The notes beneath the pieces were generated by a model. The model made no database searches, was not told the DNA's origin, and worked only from the letters and a program-made list of their open reading frames with translations. A stretch of DNA of 64,000 nt, from positions 160,001 to 224,000 of the forward strand of contig JANNXA010000050.1 of the NCBI GenBank assembly GCA_031409275.1. The letters run 5' to 3'. A program made the position numbers and the translations under genes. The DNA is from Planctomycetota bacterium. Lineage in GTDB: Bacteria > Planctomycetota > B15-G4 > SIAN01. This document shows, one piece after another, positions 1 through 9,592 of this stretch (positions are counted from its first letter, which is position 1; each line of letters opens with the position of its first letter).

Positions 1-70
1 GAACAGCGAGAGCCGCAGCGCCGATCAGCGCCGCACCGAACCATCCACCGAGAAGATTCCGGCACCCCAT
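1..70 (-). CDS. 5' fragment of a probable secreted/membrane protein (runs off window edge)
   Basis: ATG at 70 preceded by a GAGGT RBS; translates MGCRNLLGGWFGAALIGAAALAV (signal-peptide-like); 24 bp downstream of the anti-sigma stop on the same strand. Confidence 0.6.
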   Translation of the reverse strand, partial: MGCRNLLGGWFGAALIGAAALAV

Positions 71-94
71 GGTCTCTACCTCGCGTGCCTTGAA

Positions 95-1138
95 CTAGCT
101 GGCGAAGAGCAACGGGTAACGACCTCGCAAACGTGTCAGGAAGCTGCGATGGCGCAGCAAGACCTGGCGGAAATCGCGCGCCCGCCGGAAGGCGGGAGCG
201 GTCATCGTCTCGAGGTGTTGGGGGAACTGCGTCGCAAGTCGATCGATCGCTTGCTCGGCGTCGTCGAGGCGCCCGAGCTTGACGCTGTAGATCGAGATGT
301 TGGTCAGCGCTGCCGCCTGATACACGTCGTTGCGATCGAGCTCCGCGCGCGCGAGCACTTCACGCTCGAGTTCGACGGCGCGGTCGAATTGCTGCGCCGC
401 CGAGTAGACACGCGAGAGCTGCTGCAGCGCGAAGAACTGGTGAGCGGCGTCGGCCTTGGAATGGAGCACACCGCGCAGCAGCTGTCGGGCCCGGTCGTAG
501 CGACCGGTCATGCTGAAGTACTTGGCGAGATAGATCCGCGCAGCGTGGTGATCATGCTGCAGGCGCAGGCACTGCTCGAGGCAGGCGCGGCCGGCCTCGA
601 ACGCCGCGTCGGCTTCCACGTCGTCGTCCGACGCGAACAGCCCCTTCTTGGTGCCAAGGGTGTCGCGCGCGCGCGCGCCGGGCTGCTTCGCGAGGCCATG
701 GTGCTCGCGAAAGAGCGCTTGCCCCTTGTGCGCGAGCTTGCTGATCGAACCGGGCTTCTTGGCGAAAAGGCGAACGCCGCGGAGCCCGGGGCTCGCTGTC
801 AGCCCCTTCGCAACGAGCGCCTTGCCGAGTTCGTAAAGCACCGTCGCGAGCTTGCCGCAGTTGTCGTCGAGCAGGCGACGCGTGAGGTCGCCCCAGAGTT
901 CCGTACCGCTCGGCAGCTCGCCTTCGCGTTGCGCCGCACCGAAGAGGTGCATCCGCGACATGCCCGCAAGCGCCTCGACGTAGGCGCGGCAGCCGTCGCA
1001 GCCCGAAAGATGGAGCGCGATCTCGTCGCTGTTGAGGGCGGTCTTCTCGCCGTCCACGAACGCGGAGAGGTCTGCCTCGAAGCGCGCGCAGGCCGACTGC
1101 GCATGGCGAGCGCGATCGTGCAGCGTCGTTTCGCTCAT
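95..1138 (-). CDS. zinc-binding (zf-HC2/ZAS) anti-sigma factor with C-terminal TPR-like repeats, 347 aa
   Basis: C...LSAFVDGE...HLSGCDGC (HxxxCxxC) motif; helical TPR-like C-terminus; ATG at 1138 overlaps the sigma factor stop (ATGA). Confidence 0.8.
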   Translation of the reverse strand: MSETTLHDRARHAQSACARFEADLSAFVDGEKTALNSDEIALHLSGCDGCRAYVEALAGMSRMHLFGAAQREGELPSGTELWGDLTRRLLDDNCGKLATVLYELGKALVAKGLTASPGLRGVRLFAKKPGSISKLAHKGQALFREHHGLAKQPGARARDTLGTKKGLFASDDDVEADAAFEAGRACLEQCLRLQHDHHAARIYLAKYFSMTGRYDRARQLLRGVLHSKADAAHQFFALQQLSRVYSAAQQFDRAVELEREVLARAELDRNDVYQAAALTNISIYSVKLGRLDDAEQAIDRLATQFPQHLETMTAPAFRRARDFRQVLLRHRSFLTRLRGRYPLLFAS

Positions 1139-1932
1139 GGCCGCGCCTCCAGGGTGTCCGACATGGCGCGCAACAGCTTCTTCCGCGCCCGGCAGACGAT
1201 CATCTTGAGGTTCTCTAGCCGAACCCCCATCCGCTCTGCCGCACGACGGTACTTGAGGCCCTTCACTTCGATCAGTTGCAGGGCTTTCTTTTCGCGATCT
1301 TTCAGTTCCGACTCGAAAACCGCGCGATAGGCCACCAGGCACAACGCGTACATCTGCGCCGCGCGCGACGATTCCTCGATGTCGGAGAGGACGGCATCGG
1401 GCGGCGCCATGCGCTCGTCCTCGACCACTTCCGCGAGCGGATCGAGGTCGACTTCGGCGCGCGGAACGTTGCGAAGGTGCTTCAACAGCGTGTTGCGCAC
1501 GATCGAGAACGACCAGTTGCGGAACGAGCAGTCCTTCTCGTTACGGAAGCGATACGGATAGCGATAGATCGAAAGGAAGACGTCTTGCAGGACGTCCTTC
1601 GCATCGATCCCAGGATGCGCGAATCGCAATCGCTTCAGGATGACGAGCAGGATCTGCCGGTGGCAGAGCTCGTACAGCAGCGAGAAGCAATCGAGATTTT
1701 GCGTTCGGGTGAATGCCTCCATCAGGAGGCTCGCCAACGCTTCCGGGGAGTGCTGGCCTTGTTCGCGAAGCACCGCGCTGCGATCGCGGAACTCCTCGCG
1801 CATGCCGACTGGTAACGCCGCGAACGCCGCCGGAAGGCGGTTGATCACGACAGTCGGAATCGCGCCGGGAACGTCCGGCACGATCGCCACTGGCTCCTCG
1901 GATCGACTGGTTGTCGATCGACGCATCGCCAC
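1135..1932 (-). CDS. ECF-type RNA polymerase sigma factor with N-terminal extension
   Basis: Region 2 DAKDVLQDVFL...FRNWSFSIVRN; region 4 HTH GLKYRRAAERMGV...RARKKL; start uncertain (1932 GTG or 1926 ATG). Confidence 0.88.
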   Translation of the reverse strand: MAMRRSTTSRSEEPVAIVPDVPGAIPTVVINRLPAAFAALPVGMREEFRDRSAVLREQGQHSPEALASLLMEAFTRTQNLDCFSLLYELCHRQILLVILKRLRFAHPGIDAKDVLQDVFLSIYRYPYRFRNEKDCSFRNWSFSIVRNTLLKHLRNVPRAEVDLDPLAEVVEDERMAPPDAVLSDIEESSRAAQMYALCLVAYRAVFESELKDREKKALQLIEVKGLKYRRAAERMGVRLENLKMIVCRARKKLLRAMSDTLEARP

Positions 1933-2214
1933 TTCCGATCCTGGAAAGGCTTCGGGGTCGGCCGCCTCCCGCTCGCCCGCGCGGAAGGGCCCATCGGCTC
2001 GACACCTCGCATTCGCTCGGACCGATCGCGAGAGCGTTGCTACCGGTCGTCGGCGGAAGCGCTACTCGAGCTCCCGAAGCCGGTCGGCGGCGCGCGCACG
2101 CGCGATTCCCGCAAAGCCGAGGAGCGCTTTGAGCCACTCCGCGATTCGCGGGACGCGCACTGAGATAACGCCGAAATCTTTGCGCGGCTAGTGGCGAAAT
2201 CCTGACGAGCGGTT

Positions 2215-3345
2215 TCAGGACTTCCCCGGCCGGTCGTCGAATCGCCGTTCGTTCGACGAGCGTTCGTCATTTGTCGCCGCTTTGCCGAACGGGTCGACGT
2301 GACCGATCCAGGCTGGGGGCAACTTGGCTCGCTCCCCGGGATCACGGAGCGCCTCGCCGGGGATGAACAGTGGAAGACCGGAGTTGTCATCCTCGACGAT
2401 GACGGGCAGCGGATCGCCCGGCCGCGGTGGCGGCGCCCCCCACGGATAGCTGCGCAACTCGTCCAAAAAACTTTGGCGCTGCATCGGCAGCAGTCGTTCG
2501 AAGCGAGTGAGTGCGGGCGGCTCGCTCACCGCGAAGAGGCGAACCCAACTCGACGCGTCGCTGAGCAGCGGCTCCGTTGCCGACTCGTCTTCTCCCTCCA
2601 CCAACCGCACGCGCGAGAGCGCCTCCTCGAGCGCGCGCCCGACGAATGGCAGCTTGCTCCACTCGAACGCAGCGCCGAGGCGGCGCGCGATGCATTCGCA
2701 GAGTTCGTCGAGGCTGAGCGGCGGAGTGCGCCCGATGTCGACCGTCTGACCGACGACGCGATGATCATCGAGCGCGCTCGCCATCGCGATGGCCGCGTCG
2801 CCGGCAGCGATCGGCTGCACGCGGCCGCCGCGCAGCAACGGCAGTCGCAATGCGCCGCCGCTGCGAGCCAGTTTCGCGAGCGCCACCAGCGCAGGAGCCG
2901 CGGGCGCCGTGACGAGACTCGCGCGCCAGATGACGAACGGCACGCCGCTGTCGCGCAGCAGCGCCTCCGCTTCGCCCTTTGCACGCAGCCACGCGTGACC
3001 TGAATCGACGGCAGCGCCGCACGCCGACAGGAAGACGAAGCGCTCGACGCCGCGCGCGCGCGCGACTTCGAGCAACGAGCGCATGGCGGCAAGCTCGGCG
3101 TCGGGACGGGTCGGCTTCTGGCCCGGAGCGACGCCTGCGAGGTGAAGGATCGAACGCACTTGCGGCAGCGCAGCGAGGAGCGCTGGCGTATCGGCGACAT
3201 CCTGCGTCAACACCGTTCGCGGACCGGAGTCCCATCCGGCGGCGCGCGGCCGCAACGACAGCTCGGTCCACGGTCGCCGTCCCGACGGCAGCAATTCGGT
3301 CAGCGCGCGCCCGACCACTCCGGTCGCGCCAGCGACGAGGATCAC
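2215..3345 (-). CDS. NAD(P)-binding atypical SDR/epimerase-family protein (NDUFA9-like), 376 aa
   Basis: ILVAGATGVVG Rossmann motif, RFVFLS, KGEAE; GTG at 3345 overlaps the upstream stop (GTGA). Confidence 0.8.
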   Translation of the reverse strand: MILVAGATGVVGRALTELLPSGRRPWTELSLRPRAAGWDSGPRTVLTQDVADTPALLAALPQVRSILHLAGVAPGQKPTRPDAELAAMRSLLEVARARGVERFVFLSACGAAVDSGHAWLRAKGEAEALLRDSGVPFVIWRASLVTAPAAPALVALAKLARSGGALRLPLLRGGRVQPIAAGDAAIAMASALDDHRVVGQTVDIGRTPPLSLDELCECIARRLGAAFEWSKLPFVGRALEEALSRVRLVEGEDESATEPLLSDASSWVRLFAVSEPPALTRFERLLPMQRQSFLDELRSYPWGAPPPRPGDPLPVIVEDDNSGLPLFIPGEALRDPGERAKLPPAWIGHVDPFGKAATNDERSSNERRFDDRPGKS

Positions 3346-4292
3346 GAGGCAACCACCCGCGCCGTCACCGGCGACGCGAAGATGCCGCGTGCGCGTAGAT
3401 GGTCGCGGAACTCGTCGAATCCATGCATCGTGTAGACCTCGCGTGGCCGCGCGACCTCGACGTATCGCATCAGCTCGTCGAAGTCCGCGTGGTCGGAGAG
3501 AGGGTAACTGCGATCGGCGCGGTAGGGCGGCGCGCCATCGCGCGCCCAACCGGTTGCCGCGATCAGCACGGGCCGGTGCGCCTGCAGCACGAGCTGCGAT
3601 GTCGAAGCGTGCGGCGGCACCAGCACCACCTTGCCGCGTGTCTGGCCCGGTCGCGCGAGTTCGTACGGACCGAAGCGCACCCCTTGCTCCTCGTAGACCT
3701 TCACCATCGCGTGCAGCGCCGGCGCTAGCGCCAACGTGAAGTCGTACGGCTCGAGCAGCTTCATCAGCTCCTGCCCGCGGCCAACGGCGTACGCCAGCAG
3801 CATCGGCGTGCCGCCCTCCGCCAGCACGGCGCGCAGGTCGGCGACGATCTTCGGCACCACCTCGGATCGCGGCGGAAAGCGGTAGTGCGGCCGCCCGAAC
3901 GTGCACTCCATCACCAAGACGTCGCACGGCACGATCACGGCCGACTCGCAGGTCTCCGACTTCTCCAGCCGGAAGTCGCCGGTGTAGACCAGCCGTTCGC
4001 TGCCGCGCACGATCTCGGCCTGCGCCGCGCCGAGGATGTGGCCGGCCGGATGGAGGCGCAATCGACAGTTTCCGCGCAGGTCATGCCACTCGCCGAACGC
4101 CAGTTCGGTGATGTTGAGCGGCCCCAACCGTGCGCGCGTCAGCGCTGCCGTCGCCTTGGTCGCGAAGATCTGCTGGTGGCGCCCGATGTGGTCGCCGTGC
4201 GCATGCGAGACGAACGCGCGCCCCTTGCGATGGCCAGGATCGAGCCAGAGATCGGCAGCCGGGACGTAGAGATCCTCGCGCCAGACGAACAT
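3342..4292 (-). CDS. MBL-fold beta-CASP nuclease (ligase-associated DNA-damage exonuclease-like), 316 aa
   Basis: SHAHGDH, AGHILGAA, YTGDF, MECTFG and LSDHAD motifs; TGATG overlap with upstream gene. Confidence 0.88.
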   Translation of the reverse strand: MFVWREDLYVPAADLWLDPGHRKGRAFVSHAHGDHIGRHQQIFATKATAALTRARLGPLNITELAFGEWHDLRGNCRLRLHPAGHILGAAQAEIVRGSERLVYTGDFRLEKSETCESAVIVPCDVLVMECTFGRPHYRFPPRSEVVPKIVADLRAVLAEGGTPMLLAYAVGRGQELMKLLEPYDFTLALAPALHAMVKVYEEQGVRFGPYELARPGQTRGKVVLVPPHASTSQLVLQAHRPVLIAATGWARDGAPPYRADRSYPLSDHADFDELMRYVEVARPREVYTMHGFDEFRDHLRARGIFASPVTARVVAS

Positions 4293-6028
4293 CAGCGCTC
4301 CGAGTTCCACCACGTCAACTGCAGCCCGCCGCTCGCGCGCTGCATCGCGACCCAACGCGCCTCACCAGCGGCCGCGCCGGCGAAGCGCATCAGCGCACAC
4401 GCCTTTTCCGGCACGTCGGCCGGCAACGCGTGCCAGTTCTCGGCCGGCGCCTCCAGCCGCTTCCACTCGCTGCGCACGACCGCGCTCGCCTTCGCGCCGA
4501 CGGCCTCGACGCACCCGCCCCCTCCGCGCTGAACGGAGTAGAAGGCCAGCGCGCCCATGCGCAGGTACTGCATCGTCGCTTCGGAGAAAAGGCCGTCGAG
4601 CGTCGCGGCGAGCAGCGCTTCCGAGGAACGGTCGTCGCGCAGCTCCCCCCAGACGCGAGCGACCATCGCGCCACTCTCTTCGCCGCTCGGCGGCGACGGC
4701 GCTTCGCCCGCTGGCTCGCGCGCCGGACCAAGCCCCATGCGTTCGAGCAGGCTCTTCTCTTCCACCGCGTCGGCGGGCGGCGGCCCCACCGCAACCCAGA
4801 AGCGCCCGCCGAAGGAGTCGAGGAACGGGGCGTCGTCGCTCTCCACGGTCGGCAGCGCGGCGGCGCGCGCCGCCTCGCGCTGCGCGCGCCGCATGCGACG
4901 GCGGGCGCGCGCGTCGAAATCGCGCTCCCATCGATCCGGCAGCTCTCCGACCACCTCGGGTTCGACCGAGGCCGCCAGCAGGATCGGCACGTCCGAAGGC
5001 GCTCCCGCGAGCAGCTCCGCGACCGGCCGCTCGCGCCACAGCCCGCTGACCGAATCGAGCAACCTTCCCGCTTCCGAGCGCAGGAAGAGGTCGAAGCGCG
5101 GCCCGCGCTGCAACAGGAAGAGGTGCTCGACGGAGACCGCCGCGTCGAGCACGACCTGCGTCGCGTTCCACGCCGCCATCTGCAGATCGGAGTAGACGTC
5201 CCAGCGCTGCTCCCCTTCGCGCTGGATCAAATCCTGCGCGAACGATTGGTTCAGCACCATCGACGAGACCATGTTTCCGACCCACTGCTGCAGGTCCTGC
5301 TTCGCCTCGCTCACCGCGGCGCCGAGCTCGAAGCGCAGGCACGCTTCCGGACCGGTCTCCGCGTCGAGCAGGCCGGTCGTCGCGAGCGTGGCCGCCACGT
5401 GCGCCGCACCGTCGCGCGCCGGAAGCAACAGCGAGAGTCCATCGCGCTCGACGAGGTGGTAGCGCACCGTCGGCGCCGCGACGTCGGCCTTGTCGTCGTC
5501 GCGACGCATGCTTCCCATCGTGTCGAAGACGAGCGTCGCAAAATCTTCGATGCGACCACGTCCGGGCAGCGCGATGCTTTCGCCGTCCATTGCGAGGCCG
5601 GCGGCGCGCGCGATCGACCGGAACTTCTCGCCACCGCCGCGCCACGCAAAGCCAAGGAAGGCGCCGTGCACGCTCGGATCGAGGAACAGCAGCGCCAGCG
5701 ACTGATCCGGAGCGATGAGATCGGCGTGGCGGGCGGCCTCCAGCACGAACAACGCCGGCCCCGCGAGCGTCTCGCGCAGCGCCTTCGGCAGCTCGACGGT
5801 TCGGTCGAGCCACGCGCTGACCGCCGGATCGGCCGGGCGCACGCGCAGGAAGCCGAGCACGTCGAGGTAAGGCAGAGTCTGGGCCAACCGACCGCCGAAG
5901 GGCGCTACCGCCGGCGTAGGAGGTCGGGCGCAACCGCAAAGCAGCGTCGTCGCCGCCAGCGTCCAAACTGCAACGGCCTCGCGCAAGCCGCGCAAGCGCA
6001 ACGCCCTATGCTCGCGTCCCGTTTCCAC
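4292..6028 (-). CDS. hypothetical probable lipoprotein
   Basis: Long ORF with protein-like composition; hydrophobic stretch ending in LLCGC lipobox-like motif; coupled to downstream nuclease; start uncertain. Confidence 0.6.
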   Translation of the reverse strand: METGREHRALRLRGLREAVAVWTLAATTLLCGCARPPTPAVAPFGGRLAQTLPYLDVLGFLRVRPADPAVSAWLDRTVELPKALRETLAGPALFVLEAARHADLIAPDQSLALLFLDPSVHGAFLGFAWRGGGEKFRSIARAAGLAMDGESIALPGRGRIEDFATLVFDTMGSMRRDDDKADVAAPTVRYHLVERDGLSLLLPARDGAAHVAATLATTGLLDAETGPEACLRFELGAAVSEAKQDLQQWVGNMVSSMVLNQSFAQDLIQREGEQRWDVYSDLQMAAWNATQVVLDAAVSVEHLFLLQRGPRFDLFLRSEAGRLLDSVSGLWRERPVAELLAGAPSDVPILLAASVEPEVVGELPDRWERDFDARARRRMRRAQREAARAAALPTVESDDAPFLDSFGGRFWVAVGPPPADAVEEKSLLERMGLGPAREPAGEAPSPPSGEESGAMVARVWGELRDDRSSEALLAATLDGLFSEATMQYLRMGALAFYSVQRGGGGCVEAVGAKASAVVRSEWKRLEAPAENWHALPADVPEKACALMRFAGAAAGEARWVAMQRASGGLQLTWWNSER

Positions 6029-6059
6029 TCCAGCACCCTCGTCGAGAGATCGCCGCACC

Positions 6060-7157
6060 GTGAGGCGCGCAGAAGACACGAACGCGCTCTACGGCGCAAC
6101 CGACGATGCGGCTCAGCGAGCTCAACTGAAAGTCGAGCTGAAGGAGCAGGCGCGCGCGCTTGGGCTCGCCGACCTCGGCGTCACCACGAGCGAACCGCTG
6201 CCACGCGGCGAGTACTACGAGGCGTGGCTCGCGCAAGGCCGCAACGCCGGCATGGCGTGGCTCAAGCCCGGCGAACGGACGCGCCCGACCGACCTGCTCC
6301 CTTCGGCGCGCACGCTGCTGGTCGCCGCCCTGCGCTACGCCAAGCCCGCCGTCGAGCCAGCCCCGATCGCCGCGTTCGCGCTCCACGACGATTACCACCT
6401 TGTGATGCGCCAGGCGCTGCGTGCGCTGTCGCGGCGCCTGCGCGCGTTCGCGCCGGGCAGCGAAACGCGCGTCACCGTCGACAGCGCCCCGCTGCGGGAG
6501 CGCGAGGCGGCGCAACGCGCCGGCATCGGCTGGATCGGCAAGAACACGATGCTGGTCCACCTGCAGCACGGCTGCTACACGCTGCTCGGAACGCTGTTGT
6601 GGAGCGAGGAGCTGCCGCCCGACGCGCCCGCCGTCGACCATTGCGCCGACTGCCGCCGCTGCCTCGACGCCTGCCCGACCGGCGCCTTCCCAGCCGCCTA
6701 CGAGCTCGACGCGCGGCGGTGCCTCTCCTACTGGACGATCGAGCAGCAGGGCGCGCTGCCACCCGAGCTGCACGCGCCGCTCGCGACGCGCGCCTTCGGC
6801 TGCGACGCCTGCCTCGCCGCCTGCCCCTTCGGCGGTCGCTCGCTGTTCGCAGAGAGTCCGCTCCTGCCCACCCTTGCGACCCACGCCAGCCTTTCGCTGC
6901 GCGAGCTGCTCATCCAGGCGCGCGACCGCTTCTGGAAGTGGTTCCGGCATACGCCGGTGTCGCGCGCACGTCGGCGTGGACTCCTGCGCAACCTGCTGAT
7001 CGCCGCCGGCAACTCGGGCGACTCCACGCTGCGCGAAGTCATCGCACCGTTCTGCCAAGATGGCGACACGCTGCTCGCCGACCACGCTCGAATGGCTCTC
7101 GACCGCCTCGACCTCGCCCGCTGCCCCGCCCCCTCTGCCCCAAAGGAGCTCCCGTGA
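6060..7157 (+). CDS. queG: tRNA epoxyqueuosine(34) reductase
   Basis: DYH, VDSAPLRERE, GIGWIGKN, two Fe-S motifs (CADCRRCLDACPT; CLSYWTIE...FGCDACLAACP), RNLLIAAGN. Confidence 0.93.
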   Translation: MRRAEDTNALYGATDDAAQRAQLKVELKEQARALGLADLGVTTSEPLPRGEYYEAWLAQGRNAGMAWLKPGERTRPTDLLPSARTLLVAALRYAKPAVEPAPIAAFALHDDYHLVMRQALRALSRRLRAFAPGSETRVTVDSAPLREREAAQRAGIGWIGKNTMLVHLQHGCYTLLGTLLWSEELPPDAPAVDHCADCRRCLDACPTGAFPAAYELDARRCLSYWTIEQQGALPPELHAPLATRAFGCDACLAACPFGGRSLFAESPLLPTLATHASLSLRELLIQARDRFWKWFRHTPVSRARRRGLLRNLLIAAGNSGDSTLREVIAPFCQDGDTLLADHARMALDRLDLARCPAPSAPKELP

Positions 7158-8065
7158 TCGTCCACGGACTCGACCTTCGACACCTCGAGATCTTCGCCCG
7201 CGTCGTCCAGGAGGGCGGCATCACCCAGGCCGCGAAGAGCCTCGGCCTGACGCAGCCGACGGTCAGCGGCCACATCCGCTCGCTCGAAGGCGAAGCCGGC
7301 GCCGTCCTGCTCCATCGCGGTGGCGGCCGCGCCAAGCCGACCGCGGCCGGGGAACTGCTGTGGCGCTTCGCGCGCCAGATCTGCGAGCAGAAGGCGCAGG
7401 CGCAGCTCGAACTCGATCGCTTCCTCGGCCTGCATCAGGGCGAGCTGCGCGTCGGAGCCTCGACGACCCCGGCCACCTACTACCTCCCGCCGTTCCTGTC
7501 GCGCTTCGCGCAGGCGCATCCGGCGATCGAGATCGTGCTGACGGTCGGCGACACGCGCGAGATCCTCGAGGCGCTCGACCTCGGCAAGATCGAGCTCGCG
7601 CTGGTCGGCGACGAGGTCGATCCCGATCGCTACCGCACGCAGCGCGTGGCCACCGACGAGATCGTCCTGACCGTCGGCCGCGACCACCCGTGGTTCGCAC
7701 GCAGCAGCGTCTCGCTGCTCGACCTGAAACAGACGGCGCTCGTGCTGCGCGAAGAAGGCTCGGCCACCCTCTCCTCGATGGAGCATGCGCTCGCCGCCGT
7801 CGGGCAGAAGCTCGGCCGCGACGTGAAGGTCGCGCTGCGGCTGCCCACCAACGAAGCGATCCGCGAAGCGGTGGCGCGCAGCACGTGCGCCGCCTTCCTC
7901 CCGAAGGTCTGCATCGCTGGGCGCGACAGCGACCTGAAGGCGCTCACGATCAAGGACCTCAAGATCGAACGACCGTTCGCGACCGTGCTCAGTTTGAGCC
8001 GCGAACCGGGCCCGGCAGCGCACACGCTGCTCGCGATGATCGGGACGGCCGCGCTCCCGAAGTGA
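7154..8065 (+). CDS. LysR-family transcriptional regulator (CysL-like), 303 aa
   Basis: HTH ITQAAKSLGLTQPTVSGHIRSLE; GELRVGASTTP substrate-binding domain; AAGGAG RBS and GTGA overlap with queG. Confidence 0.93.
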   Translation: MIVHGLDLRHLEIFARVVQEGGITQAAKSLGLTQPTVSGHIRSLEGEAGAVLLHRGGGRAKPTAAGELLWRFARQICEQKAQAQLELDRFLGLHQGELRVGASTTPATYYLPPFLSRFAQAHPAIEIVLTVGDTREILEALDLGKIELALVGDEVDPDRYRTQRVATDEIVLTVGRDHPWFARSSVSLLDLKQTALVLREEGSATLSSMEHALAAVGQKLGRDVKVALRLPTNEAIREAVARSTCAAFLPKVCIAGRDSDLKALTIKDLKIERPFATVLSLSREPGPAAHTLLAMIGTAALPK

Positions 8066-8096
8066 CCGGGAGCCGGTCGGGGCGCCCGTCGCGCGT

Positions 8097-8609
8097 TCAC
8101 GCGCCGGCCGGCGGCGGATCGATTTCGGTCGGCTCGATCTGCGCCAGATGGCGTCCGATCGCCTGAGTCGCAGCGGCGAACGCGCCGCCTCGGACGTAGT
8201 ACGCCAGCGGCGCACGCTTCGCATCCCGCCAGAGCAGGACGACTTCGCGCGCGCCGCGGCGCGCCGTGAAGGCAGAAAACTGCTCCCACGGGTAGCAACG
8301 CTCGTCGAGGATCAGGCCGGCGCTGCACGTGGCCAGCAACCGGAGCGACCCGGCCGCCGCGATCGGAGCGGTGATCAGCGCCATCACGAAAGCGATCGCC
8401 ACTCCGCCCTTGCCCATGAAGCTGACCATCAGCGCGGCCACGATCCAGACCACCAATCGCGGCGCTCGCGGCGAGCGCACGAACCAGCCGCCCTCGAGCG
8501 TGCTGCCGGCGGCGTTCGCGGCGGCGGCGGCCTGGCGCGGCCGGCGCTGCAGCGTCAGGAGCAGCGCGCCGGGATAGATCAGCACGAGCGCGATCCGGAC
8601 CCAGAACAA
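8097..8609 (-). CDS. hypothetical membrane protein
   Basis: Three hydrophobic segments followed by a short soluble region; fills the gap between convergent/divergent neighbours; TTG start uncertain. Confidence 0.55.
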   Translation of the reverse strand: MFWVRIALVLIYPGALLLTLQRRPRQAAAAANAAGSTLEGGWFVRSPRAPRLVVWIVAALMVSFMGKGGVAIAFVMALITAPIAAAGSLRLLATCSAGLILDERCYPWEQFSAFTARRGAREVVLLWRDAKRAPLAYYVRGGAFAAATQAIGRHLAQIEPTEIDPPPAGA

Positions 8610-8670
8610 GGCGGCACTCCGAAGAACGTTCGCGGTCGACGCTTTTTCCCGCCCAAGGGGTCAGACAACT

Positions 8671-8699
8671 TCAAGCGGGACGACGGGATTAACCGATGG
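8671..8699 (+). promoter_or_regulatory. putative sigma28-like promoter TCAAG-N16-ACCGATGG upstream of the PilZ-cNMP gene
   Basis: Same motif and exact spacing recur at 9933-9961(-), 47258-47286(+) and 60266-60294(+). Confidence 0.65.
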
Positions 8700-8754
8700 C
8701 GGGCTACGTGGATGTGCTGAATCCCGGTTCAGCCGTCACCGCTGGAGCCATCGC

Positions 8755-9549
8755 TTGGACCAAGGGCTGCTTACCACGCTCGGCCGCCGCAGCGCGCAGC
8801 GCATCTGCCTGCGCGCAGACGTCGGCATCCTCGATGAGGCGACCGGCGAGCGCACGCTCGGCCGATTGCGCGACCTCTCGGCCACCGGCGCCAGCCTCTC
8901 CACGCCGACCCTCCTGCCGATGGGCAAGCCGTTGCGCCTCGCCTTCGAGTTCTCCCAGACCGAAGCACCGATCCGGCTGCACGCCGAGGTCACGTGGACC
9001 GGTCGCACCGCCGCCGTGCGCGCCTCGGTGCTCACGGGACTGCGCTTCCTCGACCTCGCCGGAGCCGACTTCGCGCGGATGCGCGAGTTCATCGATGCGA
9101 AGCTCTGGGAGGTGCAGCGCTTCGTCTGCTCCCTCGACCTCTTCGCCGACCTGAACGATCTCGAGAAGCTGCTGCTTTCCACCGTGCTGCTCGACCGCTC
9201 GCTCAAACCGGGCGAGGCGCTCGAGGAGGAACTCTCCGAAGGCACGCTGATCATCGTGCGTTCCGGCACCCTCCACGGCAGCGAACGGCTGCCCGACGGC
9301 CGCATCCATCAGCGCAAGACGCTGCAAGCCGGCGACCTCGTCGGCGCGCTCCCCGTCGATCCGGGCGGCCCGACGCGGCTCACGATGCGCGCCATCACCG
9401 AAGGGGCGCTGCTGGTGGTGCCGATCGACGGCTTCGAGTACCTCCGTACGCGCCACCCCGAGACGGCATTCAAGCTGCTGTCGGCGTGGACGCTCGCGCT
9501 GCGCGATCAGCTGATGACCGTCGAGCCATCCGAGCCCGAAGCGAGCTGA
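8755..9549 (+). CDS. PilZ domain plus cyclic-nucleotide-binding-like domain protein
   Basis: RSAQR (RxxxR) and DLSATG (DxSxxG) c-di-GMP motifs, GLRF; C-terminal LKPGE...IIVRSG...LQAGDLVG cNMP-like barrel. Confidence 0.85.
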   Translation: MDQGLLTTLGRRSAQRICLRADVGILDEATGERTLGRLRDLSATGASLSTPTLLPMGKPLRLAFEFSQTEAPIRLHAEVTWTGRTAAVRASVLTGLRFLDLAGADFARMREFIDAKLWEVQRFVCSLDLFADLNDLEKLLLSTVLLDRSLKPGEALEEELSEGTLIIVRSGTLHGSERLPDGRIHQRKTLQAGDLVGALPVDPGGPTRLTMRAITEGALLVVPIDGFEYLRTRHPETAFKLLSAWTLALRDQLMTVEPSEPEAS

Positions 9550-9592
9550 GGATCGCGGCGCCTCGCGACTTCCGATCGATCGGACCGATCGA

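Noticed and set aside
2104..2133. TCAAAG on the minus strand upstream of the ECF gene as a fifth sigma28-like promoter
   Set aside because: No YCGAW element at the required spacing
4130..8065. 1311-aa plus-strand ORF ending in a LysR domain
   Set aside because: The N-terminal 1000 aa is Arg/Ala-rich shadow sequence overlapping real genes; LysR has its own RBS and GTG at 7154
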